From positions 1 to 25,748 of the IMG/VR virus record IMGVR_UViG_3300032335_000138: a stretch of DNA of 25,748 nucleotides. One strand, given 5' to 3'. Shown piece after piece: positions 8,701-16,901 of this stretch. This DNA comes from a virus (lineage: Duplodnaviria; Caudoviricetes). Position numbers and translations under genes: made by a program. The stretch's first letter is position 1. Every line of letters starts with the position of its first letter. The notes under the pieces are model-generated. The model did not search any database and was not told where the DNA came from. It worked only from the letters and a program-made list of their open reading frames with translations.

Positions 8701-10195
8701 TTGACAGATTGCTATTTGGTGAAGGCGAAAACGCGGTGATATCTTTATCATCGTAAACTTGCGCGTTGTATTCGTTCAATTCAAGTGATGCACCCAAGTT
8801 TCCATCAGGCAATGAAACTTCAGAAACCTTCATCACTCTAAACAACTTATCATCCCAACCATATGCAGAATTGGTTACGGCTATAACATCGCCCGCATCA
8901 ACTTGAATGCCGTTGTAAGTTGTAGAAAAATTAACAATCAAATCTTCCCGCGCTTGTTCAAGCATTCTGTTAGCAATGTATTGCGCTTGCACAGAATCAT
9001 TGACCATGCTTAGATCGAATGTGTATTTGTTAACGGGTTCGTTAGCAAACAACAATTCTTCAGGCGTGTTTAGATAAACATAATCTGATTGGTCGCGGTT
9101 TAATTTGCTTGGGAACTGCGCTTGTATTTGGTTAATGCTTGCAGAAATATCAAAAGCACTAACGCGGATTTCACCAACAATGTTTGAATCGTCAAAATAG
9201 AAATTAGTGGCTTGGGCTTTGTTAATAACAATTGCCCATTGACCTTTGGCGGCATTGTATTGATTCCAAGAATCGCAAGCCAACATGATTTGATCTAGGT
9301 TGGACAATACATTTTGCCCTGTATCTAAAACGCCATTGATTCGGTAACGCGGCTGTGTTGCACTGCCACCCGCGGCAGGCGTATAGGTAATCAGTTCATC
9401 AGAATAAGCATTTAGTGCTGTGGCCGTATCAGCATCAACAATGGTGGCATCCATAGCGCAACCATATTTCTGATTTGTAATGTAGTCGTACCAAACATCT
9501 CCGGGTTTTGCAACGCCCTGACCATTCAAATAATGTGATGCCCTGAATGTCAACGCCTGCATTTGTGTTGTGCCTGCATCCCTGTTGTAAATCATCTTCA
9601 CAATCGCAAATGCCAAGCCATTCATTTGGCGGCCCGTAGAAGGCCATTGTTGTGCCGCGGCTATGTCACTGCCACCCATTACAGAACTAGGCAATGCAGT
9701 GCCGTTTAGGGCCGTTATAACGCCTGCTTCATTTGATCTGTAAAGATTGATATAAAGGTTGCCCGCAATCTTTGTTTGAACATTGCCTGCGCCATCAGTT
9801 AGGCTTGCAACTTTGGTTGGGTCTGTGCCATCAAATGTAATGATTTGATCTTGCCAATACATCTTTGTCGTATCAAAAGAGAATTGGCCATTGGGGCTAA
9901 TCTGAGAAACCGCCAAAACATAGTACATAGTTTTTTGGTCGGTTGACAAAACGGCATCAACGAATGTGCCGCCCATATAGGCATCGCCATAAACGATTGG
10001 CAAACTGTTTGTGGTTGCGGGTGGAACTTGTTGGCGAACGCCATTGTCAACACTTTGGTTTGCGCTTCCAGAACTAAACACCCTAGAAACAATCATTGAA
10101 ACGGCAAAGTTAACCGCAAATGTTGCCGCGGCCAATGATAGGCCCGTTGCTGTTGCAAGCGATGCCGCGGCTGTTGCCAATAGTGTAAAAACCAT
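5765..10195 (-). CDS. Tail tip / central fibre, host-specificity protein (lambda gpJ-like hub domains plus long fibre extension, 1476 aa)
   Basis: Ala-rich hydrophobic N-terminus, LPIVYG, YDYITN.KYGC, RYRINGVLDT, GDVIAVT...WDDKLFRV...LELNEYN..VY motifs; FN3-like region; later collagen and beta-repeat segments. Confidence 0.88.
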   Translation of the reverse strand: MVFTLLATAAASLATATGLSLAAATFAVNFAVSMIVSRVFSSGSANQSVDNGVRQQVPPATTNSLPIVYGDAYMGGTFVDAVLSTDQKTMYYVLAVSQISPNGQFSFDTTKMYWQDQIITFDGTDPTKVASLTDGAGNVQTKIAGNLYINLYRSNEAGVITALNGTALPSSVMGGSDIAAAQQWPSTGRQMNGLAFAIVKMIYNRDAGTTQMQALTFRASHYLNGQGVAKPGDVWYDYITNQKYGCAMDATIVDADTATALNAYSDELITYTPAAGGSATQPRYRINGVLDTGQNVLSNLDQIMLACDSWNQYNAAKGQWAIVINKAQATNFYFDDSNIVGEIRVSAFDISASINQIQAQFPSKLNRDQSDYVYLNTPEELLFANEPVNKYTFDLSMVNDSVQAQYIANRMLEQAREDLIVNFSTTYNGIQVDAGDVIAVTNSAYGWDDKLFRVMKVSEVSLPDGNLGASLELNEYNAQVYDDKDITAFSPSPNSNLSNPNFFSNLTAPTVTNVNTTATIPHFDVVCGVPATGRVTEITLFYTTVSSPTTTDWEVWSVQTLANSQPFAPSTNLVFQNINLPTSTYYFSYKVANELGGSALSATSTSFSWSPNPTTSAVAGTFLATFSPVVMQVPRNSSFVPSFTGLITQLYGSAAGGAIDFVTAQTDSDASFVNNTWRIGGSSTTGYADITTTNGLVMGSLTDGGTFAQWGIPTAMSASPATMTVPVRYKSALGVVSQGASSILQFVFVDQGATGNPGTDGNQSASPTLYQWSTATPSNPSGQSTYTWSTATNASYTGGGGWTTTIPANPNVPLIQLWTATKPVVAVVGTATSTISWSSGYTISAITANGQNGTNGTNGTNGLNGLQTARPIVYQWAITLPAGPTGTSTYTWSSSSFTPVPSGWSTSITSAPSSGYTLWAASVNISDTATATTTSINWTLASIIAAGYAGNNGATGPTGPTGDTGPTGPTGGTGNQGASARICYSKTTLTSLASTPSTITTSGPSSFPPNDSWGGGTVWQATPPSITAGESVYQSDGIYNPATGLTVWNVPYLSALKVGSLSAISANTGNLTVSGTIQANTATISGTTMTGSGAVIYSNGLFAVGNASNNITYNGSAITLNGTVVFPSNINSNNLTLKDGSGNVILGNGTPLNFGNITPSSGWINTNISINSNGTLSGAGGGSVTPNGINAVNTNLSNAPAGILNSNVTLGTLGAGGFAYLSQITSGNASTYIAGAAIGTAQVGVLTAGNIGANTIDASKIAANTITAEQLSSITVSASKNIQVGNAAISGTSMTGSGAILNGNGTAAIGNSSTNIAFNGSSMYLNGNVVATGNINTNAVTNLVSITTAASLIFTSGTVWNVQTLNITSSGFPIKVDVSFMPENRNGGYVIAVYRVTSGVETLVYGGEWYDPETRIDIRAGSGFFAYSLIYCFFFVDEPPAGTHTYILKAISDTGGAFTSNHGARYRSLALTEVKR

Positions 10196-10197
10196 TT

Positions 10198-10644
10198 CTA
10201 TTCCCTAACAAAAGTTGCGCCAACAGGCTTGTAGCCCCTGCGCGTGTAATCAATCAATGGCCCATTCGCAGAAATTGATGTGTATATTAAATCAATGCTT
10301 CCAATTTCCAACATCTTTTTTGCGTGTGTATCAAACTCTTTCCAAAGTCTGCCGCCCACTGTTCCATTTCTATGTTCAGGTTCTACCCACCACAAAAGTT
10401 CATGCAATTCACGAACCTTGGGCGACCATATGTTGTTTTGTTTTATAGCAATGATTGCACCACGCATATGGTTATCAATGTAAATAAAACCTTTGCCTTG
10501 TAATATCCCAAACAATAATTCTTCGACATACTTTGGAAAATGATTGTTACTGTCTCCAAGTTTTGTAATTGTGTTTTCTTTGGCGTATGCCTCAACAATT
10601 TCTAATAATCTTGGTATGTCATATCTTGTTGCTTGTCTTATCAT
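10198..10644 (-). CDS. GNAT-family acetyltransferase-like protein in the tail module (148 aa)
   Basis: MIRQAT..DIPRL start and acetyl-CoA-binding motif A-like WWVEPEHRNGTVGGRL; C-terminal Y.RRGY. Start moved to ATG 10644. Confidence 0.8.
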   Translation of the reverse strand: MIRQATRYDIPRLLEIVEAYAKENTITKLGDSNNHFPKYVEELLFGILQGKGFIYIDNHMRGAIIAIKQNNIWSPKVRELHELLWWVEPEHRNGTVGGRLWKEFDTHAKKMLEIGSIDLIYTSISANGPLIDYTRRGYKPVGATFVRE

Positions 10645-10651
10645 TTTTATT

Positions 10652-11299
10652 TTATGCGTCTTGAAATTGTGATGTGCCGTTATCTGATGGCGCAGAAGTT
10701 GTTGATTGACTGCCCTGCAAAGGTGGTGAACCAAAATCAAAAAATGTTGAAGCAATTACAGGCACTCTATTCATACTTGCATCATTTGGGTAAAAGTTTT
10801 TCCAGACAGTTGGATTTGTTTTTAATCCGCTAATTCTGTTTTGCAAAATCATTCTGAATGATGAACAACTGATAGAACAAGTTGCAATGCGTGTTCTTGC
10901 TTCTTCGTTCCAATCTTCAGTAACAGAATAATTATTTACATACCCTTGATATCGCTTAAAGAATTGCAGTGTTGGCGTTGTGATGATTTGATTGTTTGAA
11001 TCAAAGAAGCCGCGCCAAACTTCTACCAAAGAACCTTTGATATCAGAATCAAGAATAACGGCCACATTAGCGCCATCAACACCAGTCAGGGCAATTGTTA
11101 AATCGCCACTTGTTGCTTTGGTTTCTCGCTTGATATCGCCAATGCTAAGAAGGCTACCAAGGTTTGTATATGTTGTACCACCTACAGTGATTGGCGATGC
11201 CGCGTTGCAAAAAGTGTAGTTGTCGCTTGCGGTGGTCAATTTAATGAACTCACCATAATTAATTGATGGGCTTGATAAAGCCGCAATTGTTGTGCTCAT
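10652..11299 (-). CDS. Baseplate hub / minor tail protein (lambda gpL N-terminal/DUF2163-like, 215 aa)
   Basis: Second gene after TMP; YTNLGSLLSIGDI.....LTIALTGV.....G..VEVWRGFFD pattern. Confidence 0.68.
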   Translation of the reverse strand: MSTTIAALSSPSINYGEFIKLTTASDNYTFCNAASPITVGGTTYTNLGSLLSIGDIKRETKATSGDLTIALTGVDGANVAVILDSDIKGSLVEVWRGFFDSNNQIITTPTLQFFKRYQGYVNNYSVTEDWNEEARTRIATCSISCSSFRMILQNRISGLKTNPTVWKNFYPNDASMNRVPVIASTFFDFGSPPLQGSQSTTSAPSDNGTSQFQDA

Positions 11300-11946
11300 C
11301 CTGTAATATCCTCACGAAATACAAATGGTTCATCCCATTGAACAAATGCGCCATTGGGGGCAGGGTTTAGTGTGTATGTTGGGCATCGTTCTGCCAACAT
11401 GAAAAAACTACAACCAACACCAATACCAGACAAAGGGCCTACTGTCGGTGTACCAATAACAGGCCGATGCAAACTTACAGTAACAGTTGAACCAGAACCC
11501 CGCGGCACATCTGCGGTTACTTTATATGGATAAATGCCCAACTGCAAAAAATCGCCTGCTTTAAAAATATACGCAGAAGAAGAAATACTAGGCAAACTGC
11601 CCACAGTGATTGTTTGAGAGTTAGCCGCAGGCAAACTAGCCAAAGTTAATGCGGCCTGTTGCAAGGTTGATAGGTCGCCTTGGTATCTCACAAACCAAGA
11701 AAGATTATTGCTTGCAAACGAAATAGTTTCAGGCAATTGCCTATCTTTGTTATCAATGGCTTGAATGACATTTCGAACTTGCGGATAGTACAAATACGAA
11801 TGTGGTTCAACAACAAAAACCCAAGGCACAGAAGTTAAATATTGAGCAACGCGCACTTGTCCTGAACGGCTGTATTGTTGGCCAACAGTTCTGCGGTTTT
11901 GCACAGTCATTGACTGTTGGATTTCAAAGATGGTCTGAAATGACAT
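11296..11946 (-). CDS. Distal tail (Dit)-like minor tail protein (216 aa)
   Basis: Immediately after TMP; SRSG.V, KAGDFLQL...Y.VT.DV pattern, ends F.FRED. Confidence 0.65.
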   Translation of the reverse strand: MSFQTIFEIQQSMTVQNRRTVGQQYSRSGQVRVAQYLTSVPWVFVVEPHSYLYYPQVRNVIQAIDNKDRQLPETISFASNNLSWFVRYQGDLSTLQQAALTLASLPAANSQTITVGSLPSISSSAYIFKAGDFLQLGIYPYKVTADVPRGSGSTVTVSLHRPVIGTPTVGPLSGIGVGCSFFMLAERCPTYTLNPAPNGAFVQWDEPFVFREDITG

Positions 11947-11948
11947 TC

Positions 11949-13949
11949 TTAGGTTCTCCCGTAATTTGTGGCCAAGTTCTTTTCGCCATATTTGTTAGCC
12001 GCCCAAATCGCTTTTGAACTACCAAGCAACCTATCTTCAAATGATTTAGTGTCGATAGCGTTAATGTAATTGTTAGTCACATTGGTTGTGCCGCCCATGC
12101 CGCCCAAGGCGTGATTTGGAATAATTGTGCCTGCTGTACGGGGAACAAATAATTCAGGCCCGCGTTCTCCAACAATACTTAATTGTCCAACTGCGGGGTT
12201 TCCACCATCTGCATATCCGGGCGCACCCATCACCGCGGCAGGCTGATAAGGCGTTGGGCCACCACCAAACAAAGAACTTAAAAATCGTACTGCCGCGGCC
12301 TTCATTTGCATTGCAACAATATCTTGAATGATGCTACGCGCCAAATCTTTAAAGTTCATTTTGCCTGTACGAACGAATCTATCAATTGCAGATTCCATGT
12401 TGCCCATCAATGAATCAAAAGCCTTTGCGCCTTGTTCTAATTCAGTTGGCATATTTCGCAAGAATTCACCCATGCGTTTAGCCATGCCTTCTTCGTAAGT
12501 GCCTTCGCGCAAACCTCTTGTTAAGCGGTGTTTTTCTTTTGCAATTGACAATGATTTTTCTGCAAGCGCGTTTTCGCGGGCTTCTGCTTCTGCCCTTGCG
12601 GTTGCTGTTAAATCTCTACGCGCGTCTATTTCTTCTAAGTTTCTTGCAAGTTGTTGGCGAATCTGCATCTGTTCGCGTTCAAGGGTGTAATCCTCTTGTC
12701 GCATAGTGCTAGATTTCATTTCTAGTTGCATTAGTTCGCGTTCGTTATCTAACGCAATACCCATCAACCTTTGGCGTTCTGAAACCGCTTGATTGCCTTT
12801 GTCATACATTGCAAAAAAATCAGCACGGGCCTTGGCATCTTCTTCGGCAGACCTTTGCGCGTTGGCCGCACCAGACGCGTAAAGTTGCATTTGTCGTTTG
12901 CGTTCTTTTTCTGCTTCTTTAGATTCTGAAACTTTACGGCCACCGCTTCCAGTTGGTGAAGTTGTGCCTTTCTTTTTTGCTAACGCATCAATTGAATTGC
13001 CATATTCACTAACACCCATTACCTGATTTATAAATCGATCAAGGTCTTGCCGCGCAATAATATCTGCTATTTCTTTTTTGCCAAATACATTTTCAAAATC
13101 TTTATCATCATAAGATGGAATAAAACTTTTAAAAATTGTTGCGGTTAATTGCATTTGTCTAAGCAAGCCGCCTAAAACAAATGAAACATCAGCAATAGAT
13201 ATTGCAATGGTTTGAAAAACTGTTTTGAATATTGAGCCTAAAACATTTGTTTCACCGCCCAAATCTTTCATGTAATCAACACTTGCTTTTAACACAGGCC
13301 CTAGTTCTGTGGCCAATGTAATCATTACAGTGCGCGATGTTTGTGCTAACAAATCGTAAGTATCTGCCGCGGCTTTGATTGCTTTTTCTTGTTGCTCAAT
13401 CAATGGGTTGGTTTCTGCTATCTTGTCGGCAAAACCCACCATATCAACGCCTTTAGCGGCCTTGGAAAATATTTCCATTGCCTTGGCATTACGCGTAACG
13501 GGATCTTCTATTTTTCCTAAATTGGCTACTAATTTATTTAGCAATTCTTCTTGGGATAATTTGCCCAAGTCTTGCAAAGTAACGCCCAAATCTTTAGCAG
13601 TTTTTTGCGCTTTATCTGAACCACTAGCGGCTTCGTCAATAAACTTTGCAAACGCAGAAAGCATCTTGCCTGCGTTGTCTGCCTTGCCGCCTGAATTGGC
13701 CAGTGCATCAGAAAGTTTAAGAACAGTGCCAATTGCAACTTCATTGGCTTCGGCTACATCTGCAAGTTCATCAGCGTATTTGACTGCCGCAACGCCTGCC
13801 GCAACCATGCCAACTGCGGCCATCTTTCCATATTTTTCTGCGGCTTGGCTAAACTGTTCAAGTTTTCTACCCGCGGATTCAAGCCCTTTGCTGAACTCCG
13901 CAGAATCTAACCCTAGCACTACGCCAAGGCGGGCAATCATATTAGCCAT
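11949..13949 (-). CDS. Tape measure protein (666 aa)
   Basis: IARLGVVLGLDSAEF N-terminus, Ala/Lys/Glu-rich helical body, C-terminal YADGG...VGERGPELFVP...G.IIPN; follows the chaperone pair. Confidence 0.93.
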   Translation of the reverse strand: MANMIARLGVVLGLDSAEFSKGLESAGRKLEQFSQAAEKYGKMAAVGMVAAGVAAVKYADELADVAEANEVAIGTVLKLSDALANSGGKADNAGKMLSAFAKFIDEAASGSDKAQKTAKDLGVTLQDLGKLSQEELLNKLVANLGKIEDPVTRNAKAMEIFSKAAKGVDMVGFADKIAETNPLIEQQEKAIKAAADTYDLLAQTSRTVMITLATELGPVLKASVDYMKDLGGETNVLGSIFKTVFQTIAISIADVSFVLGGLLRQMQLTATIFKSFIPSYDDKDFENVFGKKEIADIIARQDLDRFINQVMGVSEYGNSIDALAKKKGTTSPTGSGGRKVSESKEAEKERKRQMQLYASGAANAQRSAEEDAKARADFFAMYDKGNQAVSERQRLMGIALDNERELMQLEMKSSTMRQEDYTLEREQMQIRQQLARNLEEIDARRDLTATARAEAEARENALAEKSLSIAKEKHRLTRGLREGTYEEGMAKRMGEFLRNMPTELEQGAKAFDSLMGNMESAIDRFVRTGKMNFKDLARSIIQDIVAMQMKAAAVRFLSSLFGGGPTPYQPAAVMGAPGYADGGNPAVGQLSIVGERGPELFVPRTAGTIIPNHALGGMGGTTNVTNNYINAIDTKSFEDRLLGSSKAIWAANKYGEKNLATNYGRT

Positions 13950-14271
13950 TTTTTACCCCAAACTTTGTTTTATTAAATCCCTGTGCCTGTGACATAAAGC
14001 CAATCAGGCTATCGTTTACTGCCGCTTTTTTCTGTTCTTCAGACAAAGGCGGGTATATGTAATCATACGCATTACCCAAAATGTTGGCTAGTTTATAAGT
14101 TGGGGAATTTGGCGGGCGCATATAGTTAAACACCCCGTTGGTCAGGGATGCTATTTGCGTTAAAAGCCCGTAGTTGCCAATCAATCCATCTGCATACATC
14201 GTTTGGATGTTTGCCATAGTGATATCGTCAATTTCGGCTACTGTATCTAATGTATGCCCGTTAAAAACCAT
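13942..14271 (-). CDS. Tail assembly chaperone, gpT-like C-terminal part (probably made as a ~281-aa -1 frameshift fusion with the upstream gene)
   Basis: Frame is open from the slippery site at 14313 through ATG 14271 to stop 13942; lies between gpG-like gene and TMP. Confidence 0.78.
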   Translation of the reverse strand: MVFNGHTLDTVAEIDDITMANIQTMYADGLIGNYGLLTQIASLTNGVFNYMRPPNSPTYKLANILGNAYDYIYPPLSEEQKKAAVNDSLIGFMSQAQGFNKTKFGVKNG

Positions 14272-14303
14272 TGCCGCAATGCACTGCGTTTTTAACGAGC
14301 CAA

Positions 14304-14786
14304 TTAGTTTCCCCGCGCTTCCTTATAGGTCGGGCTAATAACTTCACCAATTTTTTCAACAATCTGCATCTGTACAGAAATTGGGAATTCTTCTTGAATA
14401 TCTTTATAAGTTAAATCTTCTAGCGTTGCACCTTCTAGTTCAGGAACAAGCAGTTTGAAAAACTCAGTAATTCTCGCTTCTGTGATGGCTTTGTTTTTGG
14501 CCGCTTCACGCATAGAACGACCTTCAACCAAAATATCATTTTCTGTAAATTGGAAATCTTCCGATTGACTGTTTTCAAATTGGCGCAATGATGCAGTGAT
14601 TTCTTGATAAATCTTTTCTACTGTTTCTTCATCAGGGCTTGCAACCTTTTGGTAGATTGCTTCGGATTCTGCAACCAGTGGAATGCGAACCTTAAAAATG
14701 TGGCCGCCCAATTCAAATGTGCGCGTTAAAAGATTCTTTTTGTTGCTTTGGTACTTGTCGCCAAATGCGCTAGAAAATTTTGTCAT
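14304..14786 (-). CDS. Tail assembly chaperone, gpG-like (160 aa)
   Basis: Acidic helical protein upstream of TMP ending in a slippery heptamer. Confidence 0.8.
   Translation of the reverse strand: MTKFSSAFGDKYQSNKKNLLTRTFELGGHIFKVRIPLVAESEAIYQKVASPDEETVEKIYQEITASLRQFENSQSEDFQFTENDILVEGRSMREAAKNKAITEARITEFFKLLVPELEGATLEDLTYKDIQEEFPISVQMQIVEKIGEVISPTYKEARGN
14307..14313 (-). other. Programmed -1 ribosomal frameshift heptamer G GGA AAC
   Basis: CGG GGA AAC TAA ends the 160-aa gene; the -1 frame reads GGG AAA CTA ATT GGC TCG TTA AAA ACG CAG TGC ATT GCG GCA ATG into the next ORF; same position as lambda G/GT. Confidence 0.88.
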
Positions 14787-15331
14787 TTATGTTTTGCCTT
14801 GTATTGATTTAACCGCCTACCTAAAATATCGCCAAGCCTTCTAGCGGTTTCACTTGCTTGGGATTCTATTGCGGGCCGCAAATATGGTTTAGCACCATGT
14901 TTTGAAGTCCCGAATTCTTGTGCTATGGCACGGGCATCGCTTTCAATGCCTGTAAAAGATTCCGCTTGTTCTACGCCTAGTTTTTTTAATTTTTTACGCG
15001 CCCTAACTAACCCCGCGCCTTCACTCATAGCCTGTAATTTCTTGCCTGATGCTGTTGTGACTGCGGCAATCACTGTGTCGTTTTCAGTGATGTATTTAGA
15101 ACGCCTGTCGCGCTTTGTTGGCCTACGGGCTTCAACTTGAAGCGACAGTTTCAAACCCGCTGTATCCATAGGCGCGTTTGATATGGCTTGATTTAAAACG
15201 GGTTGCATTGCTTCCCGTGCGGCAGGGATAAGAATTTTACTCTGCGCTTTTTTGTCGCCAATCTCTGCGGCTAATTCTTCAAATGCGGCATATACATCTT
15301 TCAAACCTTCAACTTTGAAAGTAACGCCCAT
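14783..15331 (-). CDS. HK97 gp10-like tail component (182 aa)
   Basis: VEGLKD...L, AP.DT.GLK.S, and QEFGTSKHGAKPYLRPA motifs. Confidence 0.88.
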   Translation of the reverse strand: MGVTFKVEGLKDVYAAFEELAAEIGDKKAQSKILIPAAREAMQPVLNQAISNAPMDTAGLKLSLQVEARRPTKRDRRSKYITENDTVIAAVTTASGKKLQAMSEGAGLVRARKKLKKLGVEQAESFTGIESDARAIAQEFGTSKHGAKPYLRPAIESQASETARRLGDILGRRLNQYKAKHK

Positions 15332-15333
15332 GA

Positions 15334-15561
15334 TTAGCCCATTGGTTTAATAATCTTTTGATACAACGCATTATTCAGCGTGTAAACATAATCAACGATT
15401 TCATCAGGCGTGAATTTATCCGCATGGTTAGCGGCAATTTCATGCGCTAATGAAATCGCTGTTAATTTCTGTTGTGTAAACCCAAACCAATCCTTTCGTG
15501 AATCGGATTGGGTTATCAGAAAGCCTAGAAGGTCGTTAGTATCTTTTATTGTTGTATTCAT
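15334..15561 (-). CDS. Hypothetical protein (75 aa, MNTTIKDTNDLL...)
   Basis: Exactly fills the gap between MTP and the gp10-like gene; ATG 4 nt after the MTP stop. The longer 142-aa ORF-track version overlaps MTP. Confidence 0.7.
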   Translation of the reverse strand: MNTTIKDTNDLLGFLITQSDSRKDWFGFTQQKLTAISLAHEIAANHADKFTPDEIVDYVYTLNNALYQKIIKPMG

Positions 15562-15565
15562 ATTA

Positions 15566-16096
15566 TTATGGTGTGTTAGACCATCCATATGAATTGCCGC
15601 CTGTTGGGTGAAGGGTAAAAATAAACTTACCTTCAGCAGATGGGGACATATCCCACTGCAAGCCACCAACGCGGGCGTTAAAAGCATACGCAACAGTATT
15701 AGTGCCATCATAAACAGCAATAACATAAGTGCGAATAATTGTGCCGTTGTAACCATCTGCACGAATCAATAATTGTGCGGCATCAGCGGGATTCCAAGCG
15801 CAAGTAATTGTCAATGAAGTTACTTGGTTTTGTGTGGTGATTTTTGCACCAGTACGCGCACCCGCAACAGAAAATGCCGCAAACGCATCATCAGCACCAA
15901 AAGATGGGATTGCTTCAACAGGGATTTGTAAACCAGTTGTGCTTGTACCAGTGCCACCCGCAGAAGTGCCGATGATGTTAGCAACTTGCCCTGTCCATGT
16001 TGATAATTGTGCATCAGTTAAAGGCGTTGGCACTGATTCATCTTGCATCCAAATCGTTGCTACATAGCCGGGTAAAATTTTGTTAATTAAAGCCAT
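15566..16096 (-). CDS. Major tail (tube) protein (176 aa)
   Basis: Size, position after tail terminator, VEAIPSFG...LTITCAWNP.D..Q...Y.F.ARV pattern of siphoviral tube proteins; AAGGA SD. Confidence 0.82.
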   Translation of the reverse strand: MALINKILPGYVATIWMQDESVPTPLTDAQLSTWTGQVANIIGTSAGGTGTSTTGLQIPVEAIPSFGADDAFAAFSVAGARTGAKITTQNQVTSLTITCAWNPADAAQLLIRADGYNGTIIRTYVIAVYDGTNTVAYAFNARVGGLQWDMSPSAEGKFIFTLHPTGGNSYGWSNTP

Positions 16097-16131
16097 TTTG
16101 AATCTTCCTTGAAAGGGTTAAAAAAGATATC

Positions 16132-16554
16132 TTATGTTGGAATATCAATAGTGCAATCTAAAAAGATTTGCGCTAAATTTTCTTCGTTGCTATAACTGTT
16201 GTAAAGCCAAAACACATCTGCTTTAGCGATAAAAAAACCGCCATCAGCAGGGTTGCCAAACATACCGCTATAACCATGCAATGATTGTAATATTTGGTTG
16301 GATAAAGTAAAGCCATCTTCAATATTTTGCGAAAAAATCGATATTTGAAAAACTGGCCTGTCGATACCTTTATTAGATTGTGTTTGTCCAGTGTAAACGG
16401 GCTGATGCACATTACGCAACATCCAAGTTAGAAACTTAGGTTGGTTTGCAAAGTTCCTGTTAAATGCCGCGTACACAGGCACGGGCGTAACGATATTTGC
16501 CAATTGATATTGGATCGATTTCCCGTACTGAACGACATTGTTTTGTGTTGCCAT
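16132..16554 (-). CDS. Tail terminator / completion protein (DUF3168-like, 140 aa)
   Basis: Position before MTP; VPVY...P.F...P.FQISIFS.......L...I..SLHGY.G pattern. Start moved to ATG 16554 (MATQNN). Confidence 0.72.
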   Translation of the reverse strand: MATQNNVVQYGKSIQYQLANIVTPVPVYAAFNRNFANQPKFLTWMLRNVHQPVYTGQTQSNKGIDRPVFQISIFSQNIEDGFTLSNQILQSLHGYSGMFGNPADGGFFIAKADVFWLYNSYSNEENLAQIFLDCTIDIPT

Positions 16555-16556
16555 TT

Positions 16557-16901
16557 TTAAACCGATGTAACTGGGTCTGAACGATAGCATAAGAAAGTAA
16601 CGCGCATTCTGTCGTTAGATTCTCTTGCATCAGTGATTCGCCAATCAACATTACGCCACCTGATTGAATACAGTTGTTGGCTATCAACAATGGCTTTCAT
16701 GTTGGGCGTGTAGTTCAAAGTAAAATTAACCAAGTCTTGATATAGTCTGTACTTTTCAGAAATACGAACGCTATTTGAAACATCGCCAACAAGCGCACGG
16801 GTTGTAAACCATTTTGTTTGCGTTGTGCTTTGTTCACCAAAACTTGACGCGCCAAAAGTCAAATTATTTACATCGATGTTTTCAAACCGCTTGATTGCCA
16901 T
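16557..16901 (-). CDS. Head closure / head-tail adaptor (SPP1 gp16-like, 114 aa)
   Basis: FGEQ.....W.T.RA.V...FTLNY...I.WRN..W.I pattern; follows the connector. Confidence 0.78.
   Translation of the reverse strand: MAIKRFENIDVNNLTFGASSFGEQSTTQTKWFTTRALVGDVSNSVRISEKYRLYQDLVNFTLNYTPNMKAIVDSQQLYSIRWRNVDWRITDARESNDRMRVTFLCYRSDPVTSV

Noticed and set aside
13375-13992. 205-aa plus-strand ORF and the other plus-strand ORFs in the track
   Set aside because: All lie antisense to well-supported structural genes and show no recognisable motifs.
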